Shown: positions 11,923-19,666, numbered from the stretch's first letter. The stretch: 21,176 nucleotides of DNA from Sulfurihydrogenibium sp. (GCA_037442825.1 JBBIPN010000016.1:1-21176); one strand, 5' to 3'. Translations and numbers: made by a program. The notes: generated from the sequence alone by a model not told the origin.

Positions 11923-12351
11923 TTACCTTATTTTGAAAATAATCATTGATATAGCTCCTAAAGCTTGAAACATTACGATAGTATAACCTGTTGGTAGGTC
12001 AAAGCTTAAGATACAAAGATAGCTATGGAATTTATAAAAAGGTCTATCAGTACTGCAAAAATAATATAATTTTTTTGAAAAGTTTTAGAGATAAATGCTT
12101 CAATATATTCTTTTTCTTTCTTTTTTAGATATGCAATTATAGAAGCAGTTAGTAGTGCAAAAGATAAAGATGTTATATAACTGTATTTACCGTCAAAGAA
12201 AAAGACAGAGAACTACTCTTACAGTAGCCATCTGACCAACTGATAAATCTGTAAAAATAATATTTCTCTTTATTATCTGTAGTCCAAAATATGAGTGAAT
12301 AATTAAAAGCACGGTAGAAAGTAAAAAAGCTGGTATTAAAATATCTATCAG
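11923..12351 (-). pseudogene. Decayed metal ABC transporter permease (ZnuB/MntB, ABC-3 family)
   Basis: Three consecutive minus-strand frames: LIDILIPAFLLSTVLLIIHSYFGLQIIKRNIIFTDLSVGQMA.. (12351-12193); ..FFFDGKYSYITSLSFALLTASIIAYLKKKEKEYIEAFI/SKTFQKNYIIFAVLIDLFINSIAIFVS* (to 12006); FDLPTGYTIVMFQALGAISMIIFKIR* (to 11923). DLPxGxxIV is the typical ABC-3 C-terminal motif. About half of normal length, with two frameshifts and a CTG in place of a start codon. Confidence 0.75.
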
Positions 12352-12404
12352 TAAGATTTTTTAAATGTTTAGCTGATGTTGGGATATTAGATTTAGAAAA
12401 TTAA

Positions 12405-12534
12405 TTAAAAATTAAAAGGAGGTGGACCTCGTATTGAGATTCTATAAGAGATTATTTTGAAGTAAAATTGCCAGGTTAAATCTTTTTGATAACTATCTTT
12501 ATATTAGATTTAAAAAAACTCTAAAAAATTTCAT
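12405..12534 (-). pseudogene. Remnant of a small leader-type gene ending in an RGPP motif (DUF2946/CruR/CutF-like, inferred)
   Basis: An ATG overlapping the fabZ stop (TAATG) gives MKFFRVFLNLI* (12534-12499). A second frame (12503-12405) gives YKDSYQKDLTWQFYFKIISYRISIRGPPPFNF*. Confidence 0.5.
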
Positions 12535-12965
12535 TATCTGTTTTTAACAGCTGCCATTAAAATAGCTTCACATACAACCTGATCATCAACTTTTGCAACA
12601 GCTTTTATCTTTCCCATAGATCTTTTTATATTTATCCCTTCAACTTCAAATATTATCTGGTCTCCAGGAACAACAGGTTTTCTAAACTTAGCTTCTTCTA
12701 TACTTGCAAATAAAACTATTCCATCTTTTATGTCTGCTTTTTTCAGCATTAAATAAGCTCCAACCTGTGCCATAGCTTCTATGATCAAAACACCAGGCAT
12801 AACTGGATTTCCTGGAAAATGTCCTATAAAAAATGGTTCATTTATTGTTACATTTTTTAAAGCTTTTATTTTTGTATTTTCTAAATCGATCTCTAATATT
12901 CTGTCTACCAATAAAAAGGGATACCTATGTGGAAGTACTTCCATTATTTTCATTACATCTTCCAT
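12534..12965 (-). CDS. fabZ: 3-hydroxyacyl-ACP dehydratase
   Basis: LPHRYPFLLVDR, KNVTINEPFF.GHFP..PVMPGVLIIEAMAQ and FRKPVVPGD. Confidence 0.97.
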   Translation of the reverse strand: MEDVMKIMEVLPHRYPFLLVDRILEIDLENTKIKALKNVTINEPFFIGHFPGNPVMPGVLIIEAMAQVGAYLMLKKADIKDGIVLFASIEEAKFRKPVVPGDQIIFEVEGINIKRSMGKIKAVAKVDDQVVCEAILMAAVKNR

Positions 12966-13846
12966 AATATCACCTCTTTTAAAAAGATATCAGCAACAAC
13001 AATAAACATAAATATTATACTTATAAAACCGTTAATTGTAAAAAATGCTTTATCTATTTTAGATAAGTCGTTTTCTTTGATAAGACTATGTTCATACATT
13101 AAAAATATACTAAGTATTATTAAACCTACGTAGTAAATATAGGATAAACTACCAAAATATCCAGTTAATAAAAGGGATAAAAATGTTATAGTATGAAATA
13201 TTTTTGCTATCTCTAATGCTTTTTTTATGCCGTATTTTGAAGGTATAGAGTACACTCCAAATTTTTTGTCAAACTCATAATCCTGCAAAGCATAAAGAAT
13301 ATCAAATCCAGCAACCCAAAAAGCCATTGCAATACCTAAGGTGATAGCTGACATCTCTATACTTCCTTTAAGTGCAATAGAAACAGCTATAGGAATCAAA
13401 AAGTATACAAGACCTAATATAAGATGAACATACTGTGTAAAACGTTTACCAGCTGGATATAAAAGAAGTAATAAAATAACTACTGGTGATAACCAAAAAG
13501 CAAGCATATTTAGTTTAAAAGCACTATACATAAATATTAACGATGTAAAAATACCTAAAGCCATTATTTCTCCAGATTTAACATCTCCTTTTACAGATGG
13601 CCAGTTTTTTGTCCTTGGGTTGTGTGAATCTATAGGTAAATCAATAAACCTATTGAAAGCCATCCCTGCAGTTCTTGCTGATACTAAAGCTACAACAATC
13701 CAGAATATCTTTTCAATATTAGGTATTCCTTTTTCTATTATAAACACTGCAGATAGCCCAAAAGGTATAGCAAATATAGTATGGGAAAATTTAACAAGTT
13801 CTAAATATGTTTTAATTTTATTTATCAATTGTTTACAAAACCTCAT
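12953..13846 (-). CDS. UbiA-family polyprenyltransferase (MqnP-like, futalosine menaquinone pathway type)
   Basis: LELVKFSHTIFAIPF, ARTAGMAFNRFID...D..NPRT and AGFDILYALQD..FD motifs; multi-TM. The start may instead be TTG at 13828. Confidence 0.85.
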   Translation of the reverse strand: MRFCKQLINKIKTYLELVKFSHTIFAIPFGLSAVFIIEKGIPNIEKIFWIVVALVSARTAGMAFNRFIDLPIDSHNPRTKNWPSVKGDVKSGEIMALGIFTSLIFMYSAFKLNMLAFWLSPVVILLLLLYPAGKRFTQYVHLILGLVYFLIPIAVSIALKGSIEMSAITLGIAMAFWVAGFDILYALQDYEFDKKFGVYSIPSKYGIKKALEIAKIFHTITFLSLLLTGYFGSLSYIYYVGLIILSIFLMYEHSLIKENDLSKIDKAFFTINGFISIIFMFIVVADIFLKEVILWKM

Positions 13847-13918
13847 AGATTAATATTATAATAATTATACTATTTTAAGGAGACAAAAGTGTTTCAAAAA
13901 AAGGAGGTTTTAAAAATT

Positions 13919-15391
13919 ATGAAGAAGTTGGTTCTTCCTTTAATGATAGTTCTTTCTGTAGCATACTTAGTTTTTGCTCAACTTGAAAAGCAAGAAAAAA
14001 AATATACTCAATATACTCAAAGTATAAAAACCGAAAGTTTAAATCTTCTAAATCTTCAAACTATTGAAAATGAAAGAATAAAACTTATTGAGACTGTATC
14101 ACCAGGTGTCGCTACAATATTTACAACACAAGAAGTTACGGTAAATAATCCATTTTTTGATGTACCTTTTGGAGATTTCTTTGGAATACCAAATACACCA
14201 CAGTTTAAACAAAAGAGACAAGGACTTGGTTCAGCTTTTATTATAGATTTAGATTACAATAAAAAGGTTGTTTATCTACTTACTAACAATCATGTAATTG
14301 AAAATGCAAAAGAAATACAGGTAGCATTTAAAAATAAGGTAACATTAAAAGCAAAAGTAGTTGGTAGTGATAAGTTAAGTGATGTAGCATTAATTGAAGT
14401 TCCTTTTAAAAAAGGTATTGAAGATTTTGCATCTAAGCATGTTTTAAAACTTGGCGATTCAGATCAACTTAAAGTAGGTGCTACTGTTGTAGCTATAGGC
14501 AGTCCTCTTGGTCTTTCTGACACAGTTACAATAGGTATAGTGTCTGCAAAAAATAGACAGATTGAAGATAGACCAGGAGAAGGTTTTATTCAAACTGATG
14601 CAGCAATAAACCCAGGTAACTCTGGTGGTCCTTTAATAAATATAAAAGGAGAAGTAGTTGGGATTAACACTGCTATAATAGCTGGTGCTCAAGGTCTTGG
14701 TTTTGCAGTTCCTATAAACCAAGCTAAATGGGTAATGGAACAGATACTTAAATACGGTAAAGTTAAAAGAAGTAAAATAGGTGTAAATATTCAACCTTTA
14801 ACACCAGATTTAACAGAACATTTTGGAGTTAATGAAGGTGCTCTTGTTTCTAGTGTTCAACCTGGAGGTCCAGCAGATAAAGCAGGTATAAAAGCAGGGG
14901 ATATAATAGTAGAGGTAAATAGTAAAAAAGTAGAAGATATACAAAGTTTACAAAACTTAATAATGAAAAATCCTCCTGGTACAAAAATAAGACTTAAAGT
15001 TATAAGAGAAGGTAAAGAATACTATTTTGATGTTGTTACTGTTTCTTTAGAAAGTGATTCTGATACAAGTTCAAATCAAGTGGAACCTTCAGATATAGAA
15101 AATTATGTAGGTTTAATAGTTACAGATTTAACACCTGAAGTAATTAAAAAGTATGGTTTACCAAAAGTTCCTTATGGTGTTCTTGTTTATAGTGTAAAAG
15201 AAGGTAGTATAGCAGAAGAAGTAGGTTTACAAGCTGGTGATATTATACTTACTGTTAATAATAAACCTGTTAAATCTGTACAACAGTTTTGGAATATCAT
15301 AAATGAGTCAAAAAAATCTGGTAGAGATTCAGCCCTGCTTTATATACAAAGAGATGATAACAAAATTTATGTTGCACTTCCAATTAGATGA
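13919..15391 (+). CDS. HtrA/DegP/DegQ-family periplasmic serine protease with two PDZ domains
   Basis: Signal peptide, TNNHV / SDVA / QTDAAINPGNSGG catalytic triad and two PDZ-like repeats. ATG 13919 follows AAGGAGG; alternative GTG at 13889. Confidence 0.95.
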   Translation: MKKLVLPLMIVLSVAYLVFAQLEKQEKKYTQYTQSIKTESLNLLNLQTIENERIKLIETVSPGVATIFTTQEVTVNNPFFDVPFGDFFGIPNTPQFKQKRQGLGSAFIIDLDYNKKVVYLLTNNHVIENAKEIQVAFKNKVTLKAKVVGSDKLSDVALIEVPFKKGIEDFASKHVLKLGDSDQLKVGATVVAIGSPLGLSDTVTIGIVSAKNRQIEDRPGEGFIQTDAAINPGNSGGPLINIKGEVVGINTAIIAGAQGLGFAVPINQAKWVMEQILKYGKVKRSKIGVNIQPLTPDLTEHFGVNEGALVSSVQPGGPADKAGIKAGDIIVEVNSKKVEDIQSLQNLIMKNPPGTKIRLKVIREGKEYYFDVVTVSLESDSDTSSNQVEPSDIENYVGLIVTDLTPEVIKKYGLPKVPYGVLVYSVKEGSIAEEVGLQAGDIILTVNNKPVKSVQQFWNIINESKKSGRDSALLYIQRDDNKIYVALPIR

Positions 15392-16008
15392 TAGCTCTTT
15401 TTGGTGGTAGTTTTGACCCAGTTCATCTGGGTCATCTTCGTATAGCTGAAGATATAAGGGAGTATTATCAATTTGAAAAGGTTGTGTTTATTCCTACTTA
15501 TCTTTCTCCGTTAAAATATAAGCATTATTCAACACCAGAAGACAGATTAAAGATGCTAAAAATAGCTATAAAAGATTGTCCATACTTTGAAATTAGTTAT
15601 TATGAAGTTAATAAAGAAAGAAAATCTTATACTATAGACACAGTTAAACACTTTAAAAATTTCCTTGGTTATAGCCCTTTCTTTATCGTAGGCTCAGATG
15701 CTTTCTTAACTTTACACAGTTGGAAAGAACCAGAAGAACTTTTAAAGTTAACAAATTTTATCGTTGTAAATAGAGATATAAATGATTTTGAAAATGTTAA
15801 AAATTATTTAAAAGAAATGTTTAACTATAATAATATAGTTTTAGAAAATAATTTTTCTTCTGAACCAGCTGTTTACTTATACAAATCTCGTATTTTAGAG
15901 ATATCATCAACAGAAATTAGAGAAAGAGTTAAAAATAATCTCTCTATTAAGTTTTTAGTTTTACCTGAAGTCCAAAAATACATATATAAAAGAAACTTAT
16001 ATAAATAA
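15388..16008 (+). CDS. nadD: Nicotinate-nucleotide adenylyltransferase
   Basis: GGSFDPVHLGH, SYTIDT, FIVGSD..W, ISSTEIR and V..YI....LY; ATGA-type overlap with the degP stop. Confidence 0.95.
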   Translation: MIALFGGSFDPVHLGHLRIAEDIREYYQFEKVVFIPTYLSPLKYKHYSTPEDRLKMLKIAIKDCPYFEISYYEVNKERKSYTIDTVKHFKNFLGYSPFFIVGSDAFLTLHSWKEPEELLKLTNFIVVNRDINDFENVKNYLKEMFNYNNIVLENNFSSEPAVYLYKSRILEISSTEIRERVKNNLSIKFLVLPEVQKYIYKRNLYK

Positions 16009-16033
16009 AAAGAGGGCATAAAAGCCCCCTTTT
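16007..16033. terminator. Bidirectional intrinsic terminator between convergent nadD and the sqr operon
   Basis: AAAAGAGGGC-ATAAAA-GCCCCCTTTT hairpin flanked by A/T tracts; the one mismatch is a G-U pair on the minus-strand transcript. Confidence 0.8.
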
Positions 16034-16038
16034 CATAA

Positions 16039-16182
16039 TTAATGAGTTTTATAACCTTTTTCAGCTACTTTCACTAATCTCAAGAAATGAAATGCTAAAC
16101 TAATTGCTCTAAAGAATTGAGATATTATAGAATGCATTTTTTTTCTATCTGCATCAGAAAATCTAAATTTTGCTTGAGCCAT
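16039..16182 (-). CDS. Small basic amphipathic protein (47 aa) downstream of sqr, function unknown
   Basis: MAQAKFRFSDADRKKMHSIISQFFRAISLAFHFLRLVKVAEKGYKTH*. AGGAGG RBS (16195-16190) lies 7 nt before the ATG; the ORF starts 22 nt after the sqr stop and ends just before the terminator. Confidence 0.8.
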   Translation of the reverse strand: MAQAKFRFSDADRKKMHSIISQFFRAISLAFHFLRLVKVAEKGYKTH

Positions 16183-16204
16183 AGTTTATCCTCCTAAATT
16201 TTGA

Positions 16205-17625
16205 TTAAGGTACTAATTTCCAGAATGGTTTTCCTTGTAATTTCCATAAAAACGCATAATGCAAACCAAGTTTAAACCATGCACCAGCTTTTCCTGGTTC
16301 TGCTACACATAAATCTAAATCTCTTCCATACTCTGGATATTTAGATCTGTTTCTCGCAACAGGATAAATAGCTATTGTTCCTGCCATTCCGTCTAATATA
16401 CCATTTTTCATAGATGCAACACATAATCCTGGTGTTTCAGCCATTGAAGCAGTATTTTGAGGTTCTCTACCTTCTATCATATCTACAATGTTTAATGCCG
16501 CAGCTTTACCTGAAAGCTCAGCTGTATATCCCGTTCTTGGAGGAGCTGGAGATATTATTGTACCATTTGGTGATTTTCCTGGTTTTGATAAAGGTCCTGG
16601 AGGTGCAAAAGCTATTCCAGCTGCAAATATATTTTTGTATATTGGGTTTTGGTATTTTTAGGCCAATCTGGACCATCTAACTCTTCATAAGGTTTTCCAT
16701 AAACTGCATCAACTTTTACAAAACCAGCTGGATTACACATCTTGTCTTTAATGTCATTTCCGTCTTTATCTATCCATTTTATTGGTTGACCTGCAAATGG
16801 TGGCAACAACATAGCAAAATCATACTCTATTTCTTTAAACTCACCATCTAAGTTTTCTGTATAAATTTTTTCTTTGTCTACTTTATGAACGTGGCTTCTT
16901 ATTTCATATTGTATACCATAATCGTAAAAGATAGCTTCAGCCATCATTTCTGAAGTAAATATTAATGAACCTCTTTTTGCTTCAAGCCCATCTATACCAA
17001 AATCTCCAAGTTTAGGTTCATTTGATAACCATAAGAGTTCAACTCTATCTCTTAGACCTCTACTTACTAAATCATTATGGACGTTGGTAATAAACTCAAA
17101 ACCGGCTCCTTGACATGTACATCCTCCATGTCCTGTACCTATTACAATTTTAGCTTTATCACCTTTTTCTAATCTTTTAACAAGCTCTAAATAAGCTTTT
17201 GCTGTTTCTACAGCATGTGGAGGTGTACATACTGAGTATGTATAACCATTCTCAGGTCCAAGTCCAGGTGTAGCAGCAAAGTTTAACCTTGGTCCAGTAG
17301 CAACTAATAAATAGTCATAATTGAGTCTTTTTTCTGTTTCTGAACCAGCAGGCTTAACCATAACATAGTTTTCATCTGGGTGAACTTCTGTTAAGAATGC
17401 TCTTTCGTACTTGATTCCAAACTTATCATATACAGGTTTGAGTGGAAATTGAGTTTTTTCAACGGGCATCTGCCCTACACCAACCCAGATAAGAGAAGGA
17501 ATATAGTTAAATGTTTCATTAGGTGTAACCACTGTAATCTCATGGTTACCTTTTAGCCTATCGGCTAAAACTAAAGCTGCATAATGACCGGCAAAACCAC
17601 TACCTGCAATAACTACCTTTGCCAT
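16205..17625 (-). pseudogene. sqr: Sulfide:quinone oxidoreductase, type IV (SqrD-like), interrupted by one frameshift at about 16655-16659 (true lesion or sequencing error)
   Basis: GSGFAG FAD motif, ATGPRLNF, SVCT, TCQGAGFE and DFAMLLPPF in the upstream frame. A -1 shift restores YQNPIYKNIFAAGIAFAPPG..PPRTGY..CVASM..YPEYGRD..KGKPFW-like C-terminus (here LQGKPFWKLVP). ATG 17625 follows GGAGG; adding one base gives 473 aa. Confidence 0.88.
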
Positions 17626-17659
17626 GACTACCTCCAATAATATAAAATTATTAATAAAA

Positions 17660-17688
17660 ATCTTACACCTTTTATAGTTAGTTATCAA
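17660..17688 (-). promoter_or_regulatory. Putative sigma70 promoter of sqr: TTGATA-17 bp-TAAGAT
   Basis: -35 at 17688-17683, -10 at 17665-17660, exact 17-bp spacer, 34 nt upstream of the ATG. Confidence 0.6.
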
Positions 17689-17697
17689 TAACTAACT
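17676..17697. promoter_or_regulatory. Perfect inverted repeat AGTTAGTTAT-CA-ATAACTAACT, candidate operator
   Basis: 10-bp perfect arms with a 2-bp spacer, centred on the predicted sqr -35. Confidence 0.65.
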
Positions 17698-17709
17698 GAT
17701 AAAAATCAT
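17696..17709. promoter_or_regulatory. FNR/CRP-family-like box (CTGAT-AAAA-ATCAT)
   Basis: 8/10 match to TTGAT-N4-ATCAA, just upstream of the predicted sqr -35. Confidence 0.45.
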
Positions 17710-17747
17710 TTTAATTTTAAATTAATTTTAAAAATTATCAATTGTCA

Positions 17748-17761
17748 TTGATTTTTATCAA
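17748..17761. promoter_or_regulatory. Consensus FNR-type box (TTGAT-TTTT-ATCAA)
   Basis: 10/10 match to TTGAT-N4-ATCAA; overlaps a possible ygfZ promoter TTGATT-17-GATAAT (17748-17776). Confidence 0.6.
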
Positions 17762-17799
17762 AGTTTCAAAGATAATAAAGAAAAATTGGAGGTTATTTT

Positions 17800-18708
17800 A
17801 TGAATTGGTTAAATCTTAGTAGAGGGAAAATTTTAGTTTATGGAAAAAAATCAAAATTTTCTTTCAAAGGTATACAAGAAGAACATACAGCTTTTTTACA
17901 TAGTATATTATCTAACGATATAGTAGGTTTACAATCTCAAATGTTTAATTATAACTTTATGCTAAATGAAAAAGGTCATGTACTATATGACTTTTTTGTT
18001 TTTAAAGATGGAGATAAATATATTTTAGATTTTGAAACTAATGAAGACACTATTTTAGAAAAGTTATCTAAAATAAAGATGTCTTATCAAGTTTACTTTG
18101 AAAAATTAAAGTTAAATCATATATTTATCTTTGGAGAAGATGTCAAAGATTTCATTAATACAGTCTTTGGAAATGTACCAGAGAAGTTTACGTTTATAAA
18201 AAACGAAAATGTTTATATAGCAAATAATCCTTTAAGAGTAGGTAAGGAAGGTTTTGACATTTTTACAACAGATGTTAGTATTTATGATAAATTAGATAAA
18301 AGTAAAGAAATGTATATTTCAGAATTAAATAGAATTAGGATAAAAAACTGTGTTCCAAAAGTAGGAAAAGAACTTATTGAAAATGTAATACCTTTAGAAA
18401 CTAATATTTGGAAGTACGCTATAAGTTTAAATAAAGGTTGTTATGTCGGACAAGAAGCTATAGCAAGAATTTACTATAGAGGAAAACCGCCAAGAGTTCT
18501 AGCTAAATTAAGTTACGAAGGGAATATTAAAAAGGGTGATAAAATAATATTTAATGATAAAAATGTTGGATTTATAACTTCTATAGATAATTTAGATAAA
18601 GTAGCTCTAGGATTAATTTTAAAAGCTTATGCTAAAGAAGAAAATATTTTTTCAAAAGATAGTACAATATTAAAGGTTGATAAGGTTTGTGAAGATTTAA
18701 ATGTATGA
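17800..18708 (+). CDS. ygfZ: YgfZ/GcvT-like folate-binding Fe-S cluster maintenance protein
   Basis: KGCYVGQE signature; GGAGG RBS; 302 aa. Confidence 0.88.
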   Translation: MNWLNLSRGKILVYGKKSKFSFKGIQEEHTAFLHSILSNDIVGLQSQMFNYNFMLNEKGHVLYDFFVFKDGDKYILDFETNEDTILEKLSKIKMSYQVYFEKLKLNHIFIFGEDVKDFINTVFGNVPEKFTFIKNENVYIANNPLRVGKEGFDIFTTDVSIYDKLDKSKEMYISELNRIRIKNCVPKVGKELIENVIPLETNIWKYAISLNKGCYVGQEAIARIYYRGKPPRVLAKLSYEGNIKKGDKIIFNDKNVGFITSIDNLDKVALGLILKAYAKEENIFSKDSTILKVDKVCEDLNV

Positions 18709-19666
18709 TATATTAGATTCTATAGTAGAACCTATATGTATTATAGATTTTGAAGGGAATTTTATATATAAAAACCAAGAGTTTGAAAACTTTAAAATTT
18801 TAAATGGAGTAAAAATAGTAAACAAGTTAATTGAAAGTATAATCAGTTTAAAGTATATAAAAGAAGGTTTAGCAGTAAAAAATTACTATCAAGATATAGA
18901 AGATAATATATATCTTATAGATGTTTATCCTTATAAAAATTATTTTATTGTTATAATAAGGGATATTACAAGACTTACAAAATTAGAAGAGGAATCAAAG
19001 AAAGAAGGGAGTTTAATAACAATTTCCAAACTATTATCTGAAATATTCCATGATATGAAAGGTCCAATAACAGGTATTAAAGCAGCTGCTGAATATATTA
19101 AAAGTAATCCAGAAGAAATAGACCTTTTAGATGATATTTTAGATGAAGTAAAAAGGCTTGAAAATTTTCTACATCAACTTTCTTATTTAACAAAGCCTAT
19201 AAATCTTAATTTAAATTTTGAAAACATACATAAACTTATTGATGAAGTTATTAAAAAATATAGTAGCTTATATAGAAACGTTAGGTTTATTAGAATGTAT
19301 GACCCAAGCTTACCAGATATAAAATTAGATAGAAATATGATTTTATCTGTTCTTGAAAATTTAATAGAAAATAGTATTGAGTCTGCTGGCGAAAATGCAA
19401 CTATAAAAATAGAAACATCTATATCTTTTGATAGTACATATTCACCTAAAGGTGATAAAATCTCAATAAAAATAACAGATTCAGGTCCTGGTGTGCCAAA
19501 AGATATAATAGATAAACTATTTTTACCATTTTACACCACAAAAGAGTTTGGCACAGGTGTTGGTTTAGCAAAATCTTATAAAATTGTAAAAACTCATAAA
19601 GGTGTATTAAGATATTTAGGGAATTCTACTTTTGAAATAATTTTACCAATTAACGAGGAAAGATGA
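18701..19666 (+). CDS. Cytoplasmic PAS-histidine kinase, NtrB/GlnL-like
   Basis: Short PAS-like N-terminus, H-box HDMKGP, YDPSLPDI (typical of NtrB), NLIENS, DSGPG, FLPFYTTK and GTGVGL; no TM segments. Confidence 0.85.
   Translation: MYDILDSIVEPICIIDFEGNFIYKNQEFENFKILNGVKIVNKLIESIISLKYIKEGLAVKNYYQDIEDNIYLIDVYPYKNYFIVIIRDITRLTKLEEESKKEGSLITISKLLSEIFHDMKGPITGIKAAAEYIKSNPEEIDLLDDILDEVKRLENFLHQLSYLTKPINLNLNFENIHKLIDEVIKKYSSLYRNVRFIRMYDPSLPDIKLDRNMILSVLENLIENSIESAGENATIKIETSISFDSTYSPKGDKISIKITDSGPGVPKDIIDKLFLPFYTTKEFGTGVGLAKSYKIVKTHKGVLRYLGNSTFEIILPINEER

Noticed and set aside
12414..12460. Perfect + strand Shine-Dalgarno AAAAGGAGGTG suggesting a + strand gene
   Set aside because: Only a TTG-started ORF of about 8 codons follows; the motif is better explained as the reverse complement of the Pro-Pro-Pro codons of the minus-strand RGPP peptide.
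11891..12533. Possible ncRNA, riboswitch, CRISPR array or IS in the largest non-ORF gap
   Set aside because: No repeats, terminal inverted repeats or stable GC-rich stems were seen; the sequence is accounted for by decayed protein-coding fragments.
14001..14058. Short tandem 9-bp duplications in the degP 5' region (AATATACTC x2; AAATCTTCT/A x2)
   Set aside because: Only two copies each, in frame, in a variable post-signal linker; not a contingency locus or CRISPR-like array.
2214..16008. nadE and nadD in the same window as an NAD biosynthesis cluster
   Set aside because: They are over 11 kb apart in different transcription units; the proximity is probably coincidental.
16205..16480. Separate 91-aa gene
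   Set aside because: It is the C-terminal part of the frameshifted sqr; the frame stays open with SQR motifs up to about 16654 and has no RBS of its own.
17626..17688. 21-aa N-terminal extension of SQR in the ORF track
   Set aside because: It covers the promoter; a GGAGG RBS supports ATG 17625, where the FAD-binding motif begins.
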